A stretch of 64,000 bases of DNA, taken from positions 33,482 to 97,481 of the forward strand of contig JAILCQ010000030.1 in the NCBI GenBank assembly GCA_024679955.1. The letters are read 5' to 3'. The translations under genes were made by a program, and so were the position numbers. Source of the stretch: Bacillota bacterium (GTDB taxonomy: Bacteria; Bacillota; Dehalobacteriia; UBA4068). The notes under the pieces were generated by a model, which was not told the DNA's origin, did no database searches, and saw nothing but the letters and a program-made list of their open reading frames with translations. Of this stretch, positions 18,438 through 29,165 are shown in pieces (the stretch's first letter is position 1; every line of letters begins with the position of its first letter).

Positions 18438-19533
18438 CACCGGCCGCACCGTCCTCGGTCGTGGCGCCTGCATAACCGATCTCGATCAAGGATTCGTTGC
18501 CCTCCATGGACATTTGGCGGATCTTGCTCTCGATCTCGTCGCGGATATCCGGGTTTTGATCCAGGAAATCTTTGGCGTTTTCCCGGCCCTGACCGATCCT
18601 TTCCCCATTGTAGCTGTACCAGGCGCCGGCTTTGTTCACCAGTTTCATCTCTACGCCGATATCGAGGATGCTGCCGGAGGTGGAAATGCCCTTGCCGTAC
18701 ATGATATCGAATTCCGCCTGTTTAAACGGGGGGGCCACCTTGTTTTTGACCACTTTCACCCGGGTGCGGTTGCCCACAAAGTCATTGCCCACTTTGATGC
18801 TTTCCACCCGGCGCACGTCCATACGCACGGAGGCATAGAATTTAAGGGCCCGGCCGCCGGAAGTGGTTTCCGGATTGCCGAACATAATGCCGACTTTTTC
18901 CCGGATCTGATTGATGAAAATCAGGCAGGTATTGGATTTCCCCACCGCGCCGGTGAGCTTGCGCAGGGCCTGGGACATCAAGCGGGCCTGCAGTCCCACA
19001 TGAGAATCGCCCATATCCCCTTCCAGCTCCTGCCGGGGCACCAAAGCCGCCACGCTGTCCACCACGATCACATCCAAAGCGCCGCTGCGCACCAAAGCCT
19101 CGGCAATCTCCAAAGCCTGTTCGCCGGTATCCGGTTGGGAAATCAACAATTCGTCGATATTAACGCCCAAATTGCGGGCATATATCGGGTCCAGAGCATG
19201 TTCCGCGTCGATAAACGCGGCCGCACCGCCTCTTTTTTGCGCTTCCGCCACGATATGCAAAGACACGGTGGTTTTACCGCTGGATTCCGGCCCGAATATT
19301 TCCACTACCCGGCCCCGGGGCACGCCGCCCACGCCCAAAGCCAGATCCAAAGCCAAAGAGCCGGTAGGAATCACGCCGATATTGGTAATCGCCCGTTCTC
19401 CCAGACGCATCACCGAACCTTTGCCAAACTGCTTCTCGATCTGGGCCAAAGCCATGGATAAAGCTTCTTCCCTGTCCTGTCTCGTAGCGGGCATATTCTG
19501 CTGCCTATCCAGCTTGTTTGACTTGTCCGACAT
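18424..19533 (-). CDS. recA: Recombinase A
   Basis: [39 protein letters not shown]. Confidence 0.99.
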   Translation of the reverse strand: MSDKSNKLDRQQNMPATRQDREEALSMALAQIEKQFGKGSVMRLGERAITNIGVIPTGSLALDLALGVGGVPRGRVVEIFGPESSGKTTVSLHIVAEAQKRGGAAAFIDAEHALDPIYARNLGVNIDELLISQPDTGEQALEIAEALVRSGALDVIVVDSVAALVPRQELEGDMGDSHVGLQARLMSQALRKLTGAVGKSNTCLIFINQIREKVGIMFGNPETTSGGRALKFYASVRMDVRRVESIKVGNDFVGNRTRVKVVKNKVAPPFKQAEFDIMYGKGISTSGSILDIGVEMKLVNKAGAWYSYNGERIGQGRENAKDFLDQNPDIRDEIESKIRQMSMEGNESLIEIGYAGATTEDGAAGDELE

Positions 19534-19548
19534 GTTTTTGCCTCCTTT

Positions 19549-19562
19549 AGAACATTTGTTCG
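19549..19562. promoter_or_regulatory. LexA (SOS/Cheo) box
   Basis: Minus strand CGAACAAATGTTCT (GAAC-N4-GTTC), between the recA promoter and RBS. Confidence 0.88.
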
Positions 19563-19569
19563 CAAAACC

Positions 19570-19598
19570 ATTATATCGCGTTTCATCCGGCGTTACAA
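19570..19598 (-). promoter_or_regulatory. sigmaA promoter of recA
   Basis: TTGTAA-N17-TATAAT. Confidence 0.7.
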
Positions 19599-19651
19599 GA
19601 TATTAAACCAAGAAAATTGTTTTTTTTTCGGCGGTCTTCCGGCCTTCGCCG

Positions 19652-21379
19652 TCAACCCCGCAAAGCCTGCAGCCCTTCGTCCACCATATCCTGCACCGTG
19701 GCGGTTACCTCGTCCAAAGCCACTTCCTTCACTTCGCCGGTGGCCCGCACTTTGATCTCCGCCATGCCGGTTTCCCGGCACTTTTTGCCGATCACCACCC
19801 GCAGCGGAAAGCCCAGCAAATCGCCGTCGTTGAACTTGACGCCGGGTCTTTCCTTGCGGTCGTCGATCACCGTTTCCACGCCCCGGTCCTGCAAATCCTG
19901 ATACAGGGCCTCGGCCCGTTCCACCAGGAATTCGTCCTTATCGTTGACGGGAACCACTTCCACCTGCCACGGAGCCACGCTCATCGGCCAGATGATGCCG
20001 TGTTCGTCATGGTTCTGTTCGATGATCGCCGCCATGGTGCGGCCCACGCCGATGCCGTAGCAGCCCATGACGATATCCTGTTCCTTGCCGTTTTCATCCA
20101 GATAACGGGCCCCCAGCTTTTCGCTGTATTTGGTATGCAATTTGAAAATCTGGCCCACTTCTATGCCCCGGGCCGTATCCAAAGGCGCGCCGCAAACAGG
20201 GCAAGCCGCGCCTTTTTCCACCAAAGCGATATCGGCCACGGTATCGATACGGTAATCGTTCCGTTGCGGATTGACGTTTATCAAATGATGATCTTTTTCT
20301 CCCGCGCCGCAGGCATGGTTCACCATCAGCGGCACTTCCCGGTCGGCGATCACCGGGATATCCCGGCTCAGGCCCACGGGGCCGCAGTAGCCCGGCTCCA
20401 TGCCATGGAGGCGCACGGTTTCATCGTCGGCCAGGAACAGCTCCACGCAGCCCAAAGCATTGGTCAGCTTCACCTCGTTTACCTGCCGGTCGCCGCGGAT
20501 CAGCACCGCTACCAGCTTGCCGTCGGCCATATAGCACATGGTTTTTACCAAACGGTCCGCCGGCACGTCCAATAAAGCCGCCACCGCTTCCACGGATTTG
20601 CAATCCGGCGTATGCACTTTTTCCATTTCCGCCATGGCCTCGCCTACGCCGGTGGGGCAGGGATCCACCGCGGCGATCTCGTCGGTGGCCGCGTAATCGC
20701 ATTGATGGCAGAACAAGATCTGGCTTTCGCCCACTTCCGACAGGGCCATAAACTCATGGCTGCCGGAACCGCCGATGGCGCCGCTGTCCGCCACCACCGG
20801 GCGGCAATGCAAGCCGCAGCGATTGAACACTTTGGTGTAGGCGTCATGCATTTTTTGATAACTGATCTCCAAACCGGCTTCGTCCCGGTCAAAGGAATAC
20901 AAGTCTTTCATCACAAATTCCCGGCCGCGCATCAAGCCGAAACGGGGCCGTCTTTCATCCCGGAATTTGGTTTGGATCTGATAGGGCATCATGGGCAACT
21001 GTTTATAAGAGCGCACATCGCTGCGGATATGGGCGGTGATCAGCTCTTCATGGGTGGGAGCCAAAAGGAAATCCCGGTCATGCCGGTCTTTCACCCGCCA
21101 CAGCTCCTTGCCGTATACCTGCCAGCGGCCGGATTCCTGCCATAGCTCCGCCGGCTGCACCGTGGGCATAAACATTTCCTGTCCGCCCTTGGCGTCCATT
21201 TCCTCGCGAATAATCTGCATGATCTTTTTCATCACACGCCATCCCACCGGCATAAAGGAATATATCCCCATCGCCACCTTGCGGATCAATCCCGCCCGCA
21301 GCATCAATTGATGGCTGGCGATCTCCGCTTCCGCAGGCACTTCCCGCAAAGTTGCCGAATACAGTTGGCTCATTCTCAT
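19652..21379 (-). CDS. proS: Proline--tRNA ligase (bacterial type with INS editing domain)
   Basis: SHQLMLRAG, LAPTHEE, KFRDERRPRFGLMRGREF, EVGQIFKL, MGCYGIG. Confidence 0.98.
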   Translation of the reverse strand: MRMSQLYSATLREVPAEAEIASHQLMLRAGLIRKVAMGIYSFMPVGWRVMKKIMQIIREEMDAKGGQEMFMPTVQPAELWQESGRWQVYGKELWRVKDRHDRDFLLAPTHEELITAHIRSDVRSYKQLPMMPYQIQTKFRDERRPRFGLMRGREFVMKDLYSFDRDEAGLEISYQKMHDAYTKVFNRCGLHCRPVVADSGAIGGSGSHEFMALSEVGESQILFCHQCDYAATDEIAAVDPCPTGVGEAMAEMEKVHTPDCKSVEAVAALLDVPADRLVKTMCYMADGKLVAVLIRGDRQVNEVKLTNALGCVELFLADDETVRLHGMEPGYCGPVGLSRDIPVIADREVPLMVNHACGAGEKDHHLINVNPQRNDYRIDTVADIALVEKGAACPVCGAPLDTARGIEVGQIFKLHTKYSEKLGARYLDENGKEQDIVMGCYGIGVGRTMAAIIEQNHDEHGIIWPMSVAPWQVEVVPVNDKDEFLVERAEALYQDLQDRGVETVIDDRKERPGVKFNDGDLLGFPLRVVIGKKCRETGMAEIKVRATGEVKEVALDEVTATVQDMVDEGLQALRG

Positions 21380-21433
21380 AACATGTTCCTCCGTCCGCAA
21401 TATAAAAATAGAATTTATATAAAAAACAAAAAT

Positions 21434-22516
21434 TCATTCCTGCAACAGCTTGTCCACAGCCGCCAGCAAAGCCGGGGCCAATTGTTCCGTGGGATATTTG
21501 CCCACCGTTTGTCCCTTGACAAACAGCAGGCCGCAATCCTTGCCGCCGGCGATCCCCACGTCGGCGTCGGCCGCTTCGCCGGGCCCGTTGACGGCGCAGC
21601 CCATAACGGCGATGGTCAACGGCCTGGACGGACGCACCTCCGCCAAAGCCCGGCGCACCGCCAGGGCCACCCCTTCCACGTCCATCTCCGTGCGGCCGCA
21701 GGTGGGACAGGATATAAAGGAAAACCCTTGCCGGCGAATGTCCAACAGAGACAAAATCTTTTTTGCCGCCTGGACCTCCTGCAGCGGATCGCCGGTCAGG
21801 GACACGCGAATGGTATCGCCGATGCCCTGGCTCAGCAATGCGCCGACGCCCATGGCGGATTTCAGTACGCCGTCCTCGCCCAAACCGGCCTCGGTGACGC
21901 CCAGATGCAGCGGATACTCGCATTTAACGGCGATTTCCCGGTAGGCCGACAGCATCACCGGCAAAGAGGTGGCTTTCAAAGATATTTTGATATCAAAAAA
22001 CTGATTGTCTTCCAGCATTTCCACATGGCGCAGGGCGCTTTCGCACAAAGCCTGCCCCGTGCAGCCGCCGTATTTTTTTCGCAGGTCCTTTTCCAGGGAG
22101 CCGCCGTTCACCCCCACGCGAATGGGTATGCCGGCTTCCCGGGCGGCCCGGGCCACCTGGCTTACCCGTTCTTTGCCGCCGATATTGCCGGGATTGATAC
22201 GCAAACCGGCGATACCGGCCCGGATGGCGGCCAAAGCCAATAGATAGTCAAAATGGATATCCGCCACCAGGGGCAAAGGAGAACGGGCCACGATTTGCGG
22301 CAAAGCCTCCGCGTCCTGCCGGCCGGCAACGGCCAAACGGCCGATCTCCGCCCCGGCTTCGGCCAAAGCGTGCAACTGATCCAGCGTGGCCTCCACATCC
22401 GCCGTGCGGGTATTGTTCATCGACTGTATGGAAATGGGATTGCCGCCGCCTACGGCCACCGGGCCCAAATGTACGACGCGGCTTTTCCTTCTGGGATAGG
22501 GTTCCCCAACCTTCAT
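21434..22516 (-). CDS. ispG: HMBPP synthase
   Basis: ISIQSM, VADIHF, RINPGN, LHLGVTEAG, SCPTCGR, MGCAVNGPGE. Confidence 0.98.
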   Translation of the reverse strand: MKVGEPYPRRKSRVVHLGPVAVGGGNPISIQSMNNTRTADVEATLDQLHALAEAGAEIGRLAVAGRQDAEALPQIVARSPLPLVADIHFDYLLALAAIRAGIAGLRINPGNIGGKERVSQVARAAREAGIPIRVGVNGGSLEKDLRKKYGGCTGQALCESALRHVEMLEDNQFFDIKISLKATSLPVMLSAYREIAVKCEYPLHLGVTEAGLGEDGVLKSAMGVGALLSQGIGDTIRVSLTGDPLQEVQAAKKILSLLDIRRQGFSFISCPTCGRTEMDVEGVALAVRRALAEVRPSRPLTIAVMGCAVNGPGEAADADVGIAGGKDCGLLFVKGQTVGKYPTEQLAPALLAAVDKLLQE

Positions 22517-22523
22517 ATTTGCC

Positions 22524-23534
22524 TCACTCCAACAAACGAATGATATCCCGATAGGTGATCAAGGCCATCAGCCCCAGCAGCACCGCCAAACCGATAAAAT
22601 TGATCAAGCCGATCTTATCGCGGTCAAAGGGCTTGCGCCGTATGCCCTCTATGGCGAAGATCAGCAACTGACATCCGTCCAAAGCGGGAAAGGGCAGCAA
22701 ATTGATGATCCCTAAATTGATGCATAAATAACCGGTAAGCAGCAAGACGTTTTGCAGCCCGCTGCTGGCCGCCTGATCCACCACGCTGACGATGCCCACC
22801 GGGCCGGCCACATCGAAAGCGATTTGCCCGGTGAACATTTGCACCAAGGCCAGGATCAGCAGCCGGGTGAATTCCACCGATTGCCGCACGCCCAAAGCTA
22901 TGGCGGCGAACAGGTTTTGCCTTTCTTCCCGGGGCATAATGCCCAGTTTCCAACCGCCCGCCTCCTGATCGAAGTAGGGGGTAACCTGCAAAGTCAGCGT
23001 CTGGCCGTCTCTTTCCACCTGCACCGGCACCGTATCGTTTTTGTCCGCCCGGGCCATGGCGCCGCCGATATCGGCCCATTCTGTCACGGTTTCGCCGCCG
23101 ATCGCCACGATATAATCCCCCGGCTCCAATCCGGCCTGGGCCGCGCCGCTGTTTTCGGCCACCTGCCCCACCTGATTGCCGGAGGAATAGGTGCCGATCA
23201 TCATAAAGATGATGATAAACAGGAGGATGGCCATGACAAAATTCATCAAGGGGCCGGCGAAAACGATCAGCATTTTCTGCCACACCGGTTTGCGGTTGAA
23301 GGCCCGGGGGTCGTCGCTATCCTCTTCCTCCCCCACCATTTTACACCAACCGCCCACAGGCAGCAACCGTATCGTATATTGGGTTTCTTTGCCCTGCCAG
23401 GCCGCTAATTTGGGGCCCATACCCACGCTGAAGTCGGTAACGTAAACATTGCAGGCTTTGGCGACGATAAAATGGCCGAATTCATGGCTGACGACCAACA
23501 GGCAAAAGATCAAAATAACAAAGATTGCCGTCAA
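22524..23534 (-). CDS. rseP: RIP metalloprotease RseP/RasP
   Basis: HEFGH, PDZ domain, NLLPFPALDG. Confidence 0.95.
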   Translation of the reverse strand: MTAIFVILIFCLLVVSHEFGHFIVAKACNVYVTDFSVGMGPKLAAWQGKETQYTIRLLPVGGWCKMVGEEEDSDDPRAFNRKPVWQKMLIVFAGPLMNFVMAILLFIIIFMMIGTYSSGNQVGQVAENSGAAQAGLEPGDYIVAIGGETVTEWADIGGAMARADKNDTVPVQVERDGQTLTLQVTPYFDQEAGGWKLGIMPREERQNLFAAIALGVRQSVEFTRLLILALVQMFTGQIAFDVAGPVGIVSVVDQAASSGLQNVLLLTGYLCINLGIINLLPFPALDGCQLLIFAIEGIRRKPFDRDKIGLINFIGLAVLLGLMALITYRDIIRLLE

Positions 23535-23552
23535 AATGGTTTTTTACCCCCT

Positions 23553-24695
23553 TTATACTTGGCGCTGCGCCCAATCGTGCCAATGGCGGATCTCTTCTAA
23601 AGTACCGGCGCTTCCGCCCGGATAGCGCTGTAAAACACCGGCCAGGCCCCGGCTGATTTCCGGGAAAGCGATTTGGCCCTGCAAAAACCGGCGCACCAAC
23701 GCTTCGTTGGCGCCGTTGAAAACCACCGGTGCGCCGCCGCCGGCCTGCCCCGCCTCTATGGCCAGCCCCAGAGCGGGAAAACGGTCATGATCCACCGGGG
23801 AGAAATGCAATTCGCCCAAACGGCTGATATCCAAAGGCGCGGTCAAACCCGCCGGCCTTTGGGGATACAACAAAGCGTATTGTATAGGCAAGCGCATATC
23901 CGCCGCTGCCATTTGCGCCTTGACGCTGCCGTCGGCAAAGACCACCAGGGAATGGACGATGCTTTGCGGATGGATCACCGGCTGGATACGGGCATAATCC
24001 ACCTGAAACAAATAATGGGCCTCGATGATTTCCAGGCCTTTGTTCACCAGGGTGGCGCTGTCTACGGTGATTTTCGCGCCCATATGCCACTTGGGATGGC
24101 GCAAAGCCATTTCCGGCGTGACCTGGGCCAATTGGCTTTCGCTGTAATGCAGGAACGGCCCGCCGCTGGCGGTGATCACCAATTGGGAAACCGCGGCGGG
24201 ATCCTCGCCCTTCAGGCATTGCCACAGGGCGGAATGCTCGCTGTCCACCGGCAAAATGGCCACGCCCCGGCGCTTTGCCGCCGCCAACACCAGGGGGCCT
24301 GCGGTGACCAAAGCCTCTTTATTGGCCAGGGCAATGGTTTTCCCCGCCTCGATGGCCGCCAAAGTCGGAGCCAAACCGGCGATCCCGGAAATGGCCGCCA
24401 CCACGGTATCGCTTTCGGCAAAAGCGGCGGCTTCCTCTACGCCGGCCGCCCCCGCCGCAACGGTCACCGGCAGATCCGCTACCGCCGCCTTCAGCGGGGC
24501 GTAAGCGTTTTCATCATAGATGGCAGCCAGTTTCGGCCGCCACAGGCGGCATTGTTCCGCCAACAATTGCCAATTGCCGCCGGCCGTCAAGGCCGCCGGT
24601 CGTATCTCCTGTTTGAACTTGGCGCAAACTTCCAGGGTTTGCCGGCCTATGGAGCCGGTGGAACCCAAAACCGTTATCGTTTTCACGCAAGCCAT
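23553..24695 (-). CDS. dxr: 1-deoxy-D-xylulose 5-phosphate reductoisomerase
   Basis: LGSTGSIG, LANKE, LPVDSEH, HPKWHMGAKITVDSA, NKGLE. Confidence 0.97.
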   Translation of the reverse strand: MACVKTITVLGSTGSIGRQTLEVCAKFKQEIRPAALTAGGNWQLLAEQCRLWRPKLAAIYDENAYAPLKAAVADLPVTVAAGAAGVEEAAAFAESDTVVAAISGIAGLAPTLAAIEAGKTIALANKEALVTAGPLVLAAAKRRGVAILPVDSEHSALWQCLKGEDPAAVSQLVITASGGPFLHYSESQLAQVTPEMALRHPKWHMGAKITVDSATLVNKGLEIIEAHYLFQVDYARIQPVIHPQSIVHSLVVFADGSVKAQMAAADMRLPIQYALLYPQRPAGLTAPLDISRLGELHFSPVDHDRFPALGLAIEAGQAGGGAPVVFNGANEALVRRFLQGQIAFPEISRGLAGVLQRYPGGSAGTLEEIRHWHDWAQRQV

Positions 24696-24781
24696 TCCTC
24701 CGCTGCTATTGCCGTTTATGATTTTGCTTTTTCTATATATAGTTGCATCCTATAGTTGCATCGTTTGACCGGCGGAAGGGA

Positions 24782-25429
24782 TCAGGAAAGGCCAACCGAA
24801 AACCGCAGCAATACATACAGCGTCATCGAGGCCAAAAGGATGCTGTCAAAACGATCCAGCACGCCGCCATGGCCGGGGAAAATGCAGCCGCTGTCCTTTA
24901 CCTTGCTCATCCGTTTGTATTTGCTTTCCAGCAAATCGCCGGCCTGGGCAAAAACAGATACCAATGCCGCCAGCAGTATCGACTCGCTAATATCTATGCC
25001 CAAAACCATCGCCCCATACACACCGGCCACGGCCACAGCCAAAAGCAGGCCGGCCACGGCGCCTTCCCAGGTTTTTTGCGGGCTGATAGAGGGGGCCATA
25101 CGCCTTTTGCCGAAGCGGCGGCCGATCTCATAAGCGCCGGTATCGGTAAACCAAACGGTACACAGCAAAAACAGCGAATAGCGCCAATCCGGATAATCCA
25201 GGCGCAACAAGGCAAAAGCGATAAAACCGGCACATATATAAACGGCGGCTGCCAGCCCCAACAACCAGCGGGCGCGGCATTGACAGCGGGGCAAGACCTG
25301 CAACATTTCCATAACGGCCAAAGCGGCCAAAAGCATCACCGGCGCGGCCAGCGCCCAGCCGCCCCAATATACGGCCAAAAGCAGCAGGGGCGCGCCGATC
25401 AGCACGGTCAAAACTCTCTTTTTCTGCAT
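24782..25429 (-). CDS. cdsA: Phosphatidate cytidylyltransferase
   Basis: DTGAY, ISPQKTWEG, GDLLESKYKR, KDSG..FPGHGGVLDRFDS. Confidence 0.95.
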   Translation of the reverse strand: MQKKRVLTVLIGAPLLLLAVYWGGWALAAPVMLLAALAVMEMLQVLPRCQCRARWLLGLAAAVYICAGFIAFALLRLDYPDWRYSLFLLCTVWFTDTGAYEIGRRFGKRRMAPSISPQKTWEGAVAGLLLAVAVAGVYGAMVLGIDISESILLAALVSVFAQAGDLLESKYKRMSKVKDSGCIFPGHGGVLDRFDSILLASMTLYVLLRFSVGLS

Positions 25430-25523
25430 AAATATCTCCTTGTATCGGCCAAAAACGGGCGGCCGGAAATAGGATCGCACAAAGGGGGAAGACAAACAGA
25501 GAACCGGCGCTTTCGCCCCGGCA

Positions 25524-26270
25524 TTATATTTTACCGAAACGGCGCTGCCGTTTTTGGTAAGCCAAAACAGCCGTCAGCAAATCTCTTTTGCCGAAATCCG
25601 GCCATAAAATATCGCTGAAATAAAACTCGCTGTAAGCGGCCTGCCACAACAAAAAATTGCTCAACCGCAATTCGCCGGCGGGACGGATCAGCAGATCCGG
25701 CTGGGGCTGGCCGGCGGTGAACAAAAAACCGTCCACCGCGGCCTCGTCGATATCCTGGGGCGACAGATCCCCCCGGGCTACCGCTTCGGCCATCTGCCGC
25801 ATGGCGAAGGCGATCTCCCGCCTGCCGCCGTAATTCACGGCGATATTGAGGATCATCCTGTCGTTATGGGCGGTAGCGCTTAAAGCAGCCGCCAATTCCC
25901 GCTGCACCGCAGGGGGCAAAGGCGCCGTTTCACCCAGAATATGCAGGCGGACCTGATTATCGTTCATGGTTTTGATTTCCCGCCGCAAATATTCGGCAAA
26001 CAGCTTCATTAAAAAATCCACTTCATCCTGGGGACGCTGCCAGTTTTCCGTAGAAAAAGCGTATACCGTCAAAACCTTCACGCCGATCTCCCGGCAAATC
26101 TCCGTGGCCCGGCGCAAGGATTCGGCCCCGGCTTTGTGGCCCATGGTACGGGGCAAATTGCGACGGGTGGCCCATCTGCCGTTGCCGTCCATAATGATCG
26201 CGATATGCTGCGGCAAACGTTCCGCATCCAGTTGCTGCAAAAGATCGCCGTACTCTTCGTTTCGGGACAT
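25524..26270 (-). CDS. uppS: Undecaprenyl diphosphate synthase
   Basis: HIAIIMDGNGRW, YAFSTENW, NYGGR, RLSNFLLWQ. Confidence 0.97.
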   Translation of the reverse strand: MSRNEEYGDLLQQLDAERLPQHIAIIMDGNGRWATRRNLPRTMGHKAGAESLRRATEICREIGVKVLTVYAFSTENWQRPQDEVDFLMKLFAEYLRREIKTMNDNQVRLHILGETAPLPPAVQRELAAALSATAHNDRMILNIAVNYGGRREIAFAMRQMAEAVARGDLSPQDIDEAAVDGFLFTAGQPQPDLLIRPAGELRLSNFLLWQAAYSEFYFSDILWPDFGKRDLLTAVLAYQKRQRRFGKI

Positions 26271-26512
26271 ATGTCCTCCTGTTGCCATTCGTTTGCTTGT
26301 AATCCCGGCAAAGCGGCCGGACAGCCTTCTATCCCATGTCTAAGCCTGATCCGGCTATTTGCCTATTTTAGTATTATCGCATATATTTGCCGCGCCGTCA
26401 ATTTTTGCGGTAAATTATGCCGGAAAGCGCGGCTTGGAAACGGCGGGCTACAGCCTGCGGTCATGGGATACCCCTATTGCCGTTTGCCGGCGGCAAAGGA
26501 TCGGGCCCACAG

Positions 26513-26549
26513 AAAAACCGGCCGCTTTGCGCAGGCAAAGCGGCCGGTC
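26513..26549 (-). terminator. Intrinsic terminator after the ferredoxin gene
   Basis: ACCGGCCGCTTTGC/GCAAAGCGGCCGGT stem followed by a U-tract on the minus strand. Confidence 0.75.
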
Positions 26550-26571
26550 GATGTCTTTATGTTCCTGTTAA

Positions 26572-26736
26572 CTATTGTTCGACGATAGCGCCGGCCGGGC
26601 AAGCCTCAACACAAGCGCCGCATTCCAAACATTCGTCGCCGATCACATAAATATCGCCTTCGCTGATCGCATCGGCGGGGCATTGTTCCGCGCAGGTGCC
26701 GCAAGCGAGACATTCTTCAGTGATTACATATGCCAT
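26572..26736 (-). CDS. Clostridial-type 2[4Fe-4S] ferredoxin (54 aa; missed by the ORF track)
   Basis: Hand translation MAYVITEECLACGTCAEQCPADAISEGDIYVIGDECLECGACVEACPAGAIVEQ; two CxxCxxCxxxCP motifs; AAGGAGGT RBS. Confidence 0.96.
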   Translation of the reverse strand: MAYVITEECLACGTCAEQCPADAISEGDIYVIGDECLECGACVEACPAGAIVEQ

Positions 26737-26788
26737 TCGAGTACACCTCCTTATATTAATAACTGCAACTTTAAATACAAGTTTTGTA

Positions 26789-27346
26789 CTAAACCTGCAT
26801 TATTTCTTTCTCTTTATTGGCAAAAATCTCGTCCAGGCGTTTGATGAACTTATCGGTGAGCTTTTGGGCGTCGTCCAGGCCTTTTTTCACTTCGTCCTCA
26901 GACACTTCCTTGCCCTTTTCCAGCTTTTTGATGGAATCATTGACGTCGCGGCGAATATTGCGCACCGCCACCTTGGATTCCTCGGTTTTTTTGCTGCACT
27001 GTTTGACCAGATCCCGACGGGTTTCCTCCGTCAGTTGAGGAACGGTCAAGCGGATCAGCGTGCCGTCGCTGTTGGGGGTCATGCCCAGATCCGATTTCAA
27101 AATGGCCTTTTCGATGGCGGCCACGGTGCTCTTATCCCAAGGCTGGATCACGATCAACCGCGGTTCGGGACAAGAAATATTGGCCATCTGATTCACCGGC
27201 GTGTCGGTTCCGTAGTAGTCCACCGTCAGCTTATCCAATAAAGCCGGGGTGGCCCGTCCGGCCCGCAAAGATGCAAAATCGCTGACCAGGATGCTCTCCA
27301 CTTTGCTCATTCTATGCTCGGCGTCGCTAAGAATATCTTTAATCAT
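26789..27346 (-). CDS. frr: Ribosome recycling factor
   Basis: LRAGRA, VDYYG, IQPWD, VRNIRRD; 185 aa. Confidence 0.98.
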   Translation of the reverse strand: MIKDILSDAEHRMSKVESILVSDFASLRAGRATPALLDKLTVDYYGTDTPVNQMANISCPEPRLIVIQPWDKSTVAAIEKAILKSDLGMTPNSDGTLIRLTVPQLTEETRRDLVKQCSKKTEESKVAVRNIRRDVNDSIKKLEKGKEVSEDEVKKGLDDAQKLTDKFIKRLDEIFANKEKEIMQV

Positions 27347-28064
27347 GGCTTTCACCTCCAAGATAAGTTCCGATATGTTCACCCGCTACCGCGCGGACAA
27401 TATTGCCGGGTTCGTTGATATCGAATACCAACAGCGGGATATGATTGTCCCTGCACAGGGAAGCCGCCGTCGAATCCATCACGTTCAATTCCTTACTGAG
27501 CACATCCAGATAGGACAAAGAGTCAAAGCGGTGTGCGTTGGGATTGGTTTTGGGATCGCTGTCGTACACCCCGTCCACCTTTTTGGCCATCAGGATCACT
27601 TCGGCGCCGATTTCCGCCGCCCGCAAAGCGGCTGTGGTATCGGTGGAAAAATAGGGGTTGCCGGTTCCGGCGGCAAAAATCACCACCCGGCCTTTTTCCA
27701 AATGCCGTATGGCCCGCAAACGGATATAGGGTTCGGCGATTTGCCGCATTTCGATGGCGGACATCACCCGGGAATCCACGCCGTTTTGTTCCAGCGCGTC
27801 CCGCAAGGCCAAGGCGTTGATGGTGGTGGCCAGCATCCCCATATAATCGGAGGTGGCCCGATCCATTCCCCTGGCGCTGCCGGCTATGCCCCGCCAAATA
27901 TTGCCGCCGCCGACCACGATCGCTACCTGCACGCCGCAGGCCGCCACGCTGCCCACCTGATGGGCGATGGCTTCCAACGTTTTGCTTTCCAGGCCGAAGC
28001 TGTTCTCTCCCGCCAAGCTTTCGCCGCTGATCTTCAGGATGATTCGATGATATTTTGGCTGCAT
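27339..28064 (-). CDS. pyrH: UMP kinase
   Basis: [33 protein letters not shown]; start trimmed to MQPKY. Confidence 0.98.
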   Translation of the reverse strand: MQPKYHRIILKISGESLAGENSFGLESKTLEAIAHQVGSVAACGVQVAIVVGGGNIWRGIAGSARGMDRATSDYMGMLATTINALALRDALEQNGVDSRVMSAIEMRQIAEPYIRLRAIRHLEKGRVVIFAAGTGNPYFSTDTTAALRAAEIGAEVILMAKKVDGVYDSDPKTNPNAHRFDSLSYLDVLSKELNVMDSTAASLCRDNHIPLLVFDINEPGNIVRAVAGEHIGTYLGGESHD

Positions 28065-28405
28065 AGGCAATCTCCGTTTCCCATTTGCGTTTTCTCTGTC
28101 AAAACGCCGTCTCCGGGGGTTGACCGCCGGATATGCGTCCATGCCCAAGCCCCCCTGCCGGCCGGGCCGCATGGGTCCGATTTTTCCGCCGGCTTTGCTT
28201 AAATCCGGCATACGCTGGCGGTTTATCAGCGGGAAAACCGCAAAACCTGCGGCTGTTCCAACATCCAATACAGTATAGCATATCACCGCCGGTTTTTTCA
28301 ACTGCTATATTTATTTTTAACCAAATATTTCGAAAAAGCCGGCAGAAAACCCCGCCGTCCGCCGCCCTTACGCTGCGCCGGAAATCCTTTTCCCATCGGC
28401 CGGAT

Positions 28406-28438
28406 AAAAAAGAGCCCGGGGGAAATCCCGGACTCTCG
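28406..28438 (-). terminator. Terminator after tsf
   Basis: AGAG.CCGGG/CCCGG.CTCT stem followed by U6 on the minus strand. Confidence 0.65.
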
Positions 28439-28483
28439 CTGATCTGTCGTTATTTAGGCCTTTGCCGGCCGAAACGCCGCAAC

Positions 28484-29134
28484 TTATTTACCGGCGTTGA
28501 TTTTGGCCACTTCGGCCGCCAAATCGTCCTGGCGTTTTTCAATGCCTTCGCCTACCGCAAAGCGGGCGAAACGGCGGATGGAAATGTTCTCGCCCATTTT
28601 GGCGATTTTTTCCGTCAGGTATTGGCTGACGCTTTGGTCATTGTTTTTGATATAGACCTGTTCCATCAGGCAAACTTCTTTATAGAATTTTTCAATACGT
28701 CCGTTGACGATTTTATCCAATATTTTTTCCGGTTTGCCGTCGTTGATGGCCTGGGCCCGGGCAATGGATTTTTCTCTTTCCAATACGTCGGTGGGCACGT
28801 CTTCCCGTCTGACATATTCCGGATTGGCAGCGGCGATTTGCATAGCGATGTCGCGGCAGAATTCTTTATACTCGTCGGTTTTGGCTACGAAATCGGTTTC
28901 GCAGTTGACTTCCACCAAAACGCCGATGCGTCCGCCGCCGTGGATATAGGATTCCACGATGCCTTCGGCGGCGATCCTGCCCGCCTTTTTGGCGGCGGCG
29001 GCCAAGCCTTTTTCCCGCAGCAAATCAATGGCTTTTTCCATATTGCCGTCGGCATCGGTTAAAGCCCGTTTGCAATCCATCATTCCGGCGCCGGTTCTTT
29101 CCCGCAAATCTCTGACCATTTCCGCACTAATCAT
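28484..29134 (-). CDS. tsf: Elongation factor Ts (short form)
   Basis: [23 protein letters not shown]. Confidence 0.98.
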   Translation of the reverse strand: MISAEMVRDLRERTGAGMMDCKRALTDADGNMEKAIDLLREKGLAAAAKKAGRIAAEGIVESYIHGGGRIGVLVEVNCETDFVAKTDEYKEFCRDIAMQIAAANPEYVRREDVPTDVLEREKSIARAQAINDGKPEKILDKIVNGRIEKFYKEVCLMEQVYIKNNDQSVSQYLTEKIAKMGENISIRRFARFAVGEGIEKRQDDLAAEVAKINAGK

Positions 29135-29165
29135 GATTATATCCTCCTATCGTATCGTATGCCGT

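Noticed and set aside
28065-28301. 80-aa N-terminal extension of PyrH, or a structured pyrH leader
   Set aside because: The TTG start coincides with a -35 box. The leader stems are GC-rich and imperfect with no terminator, and I see no PyrR motif.
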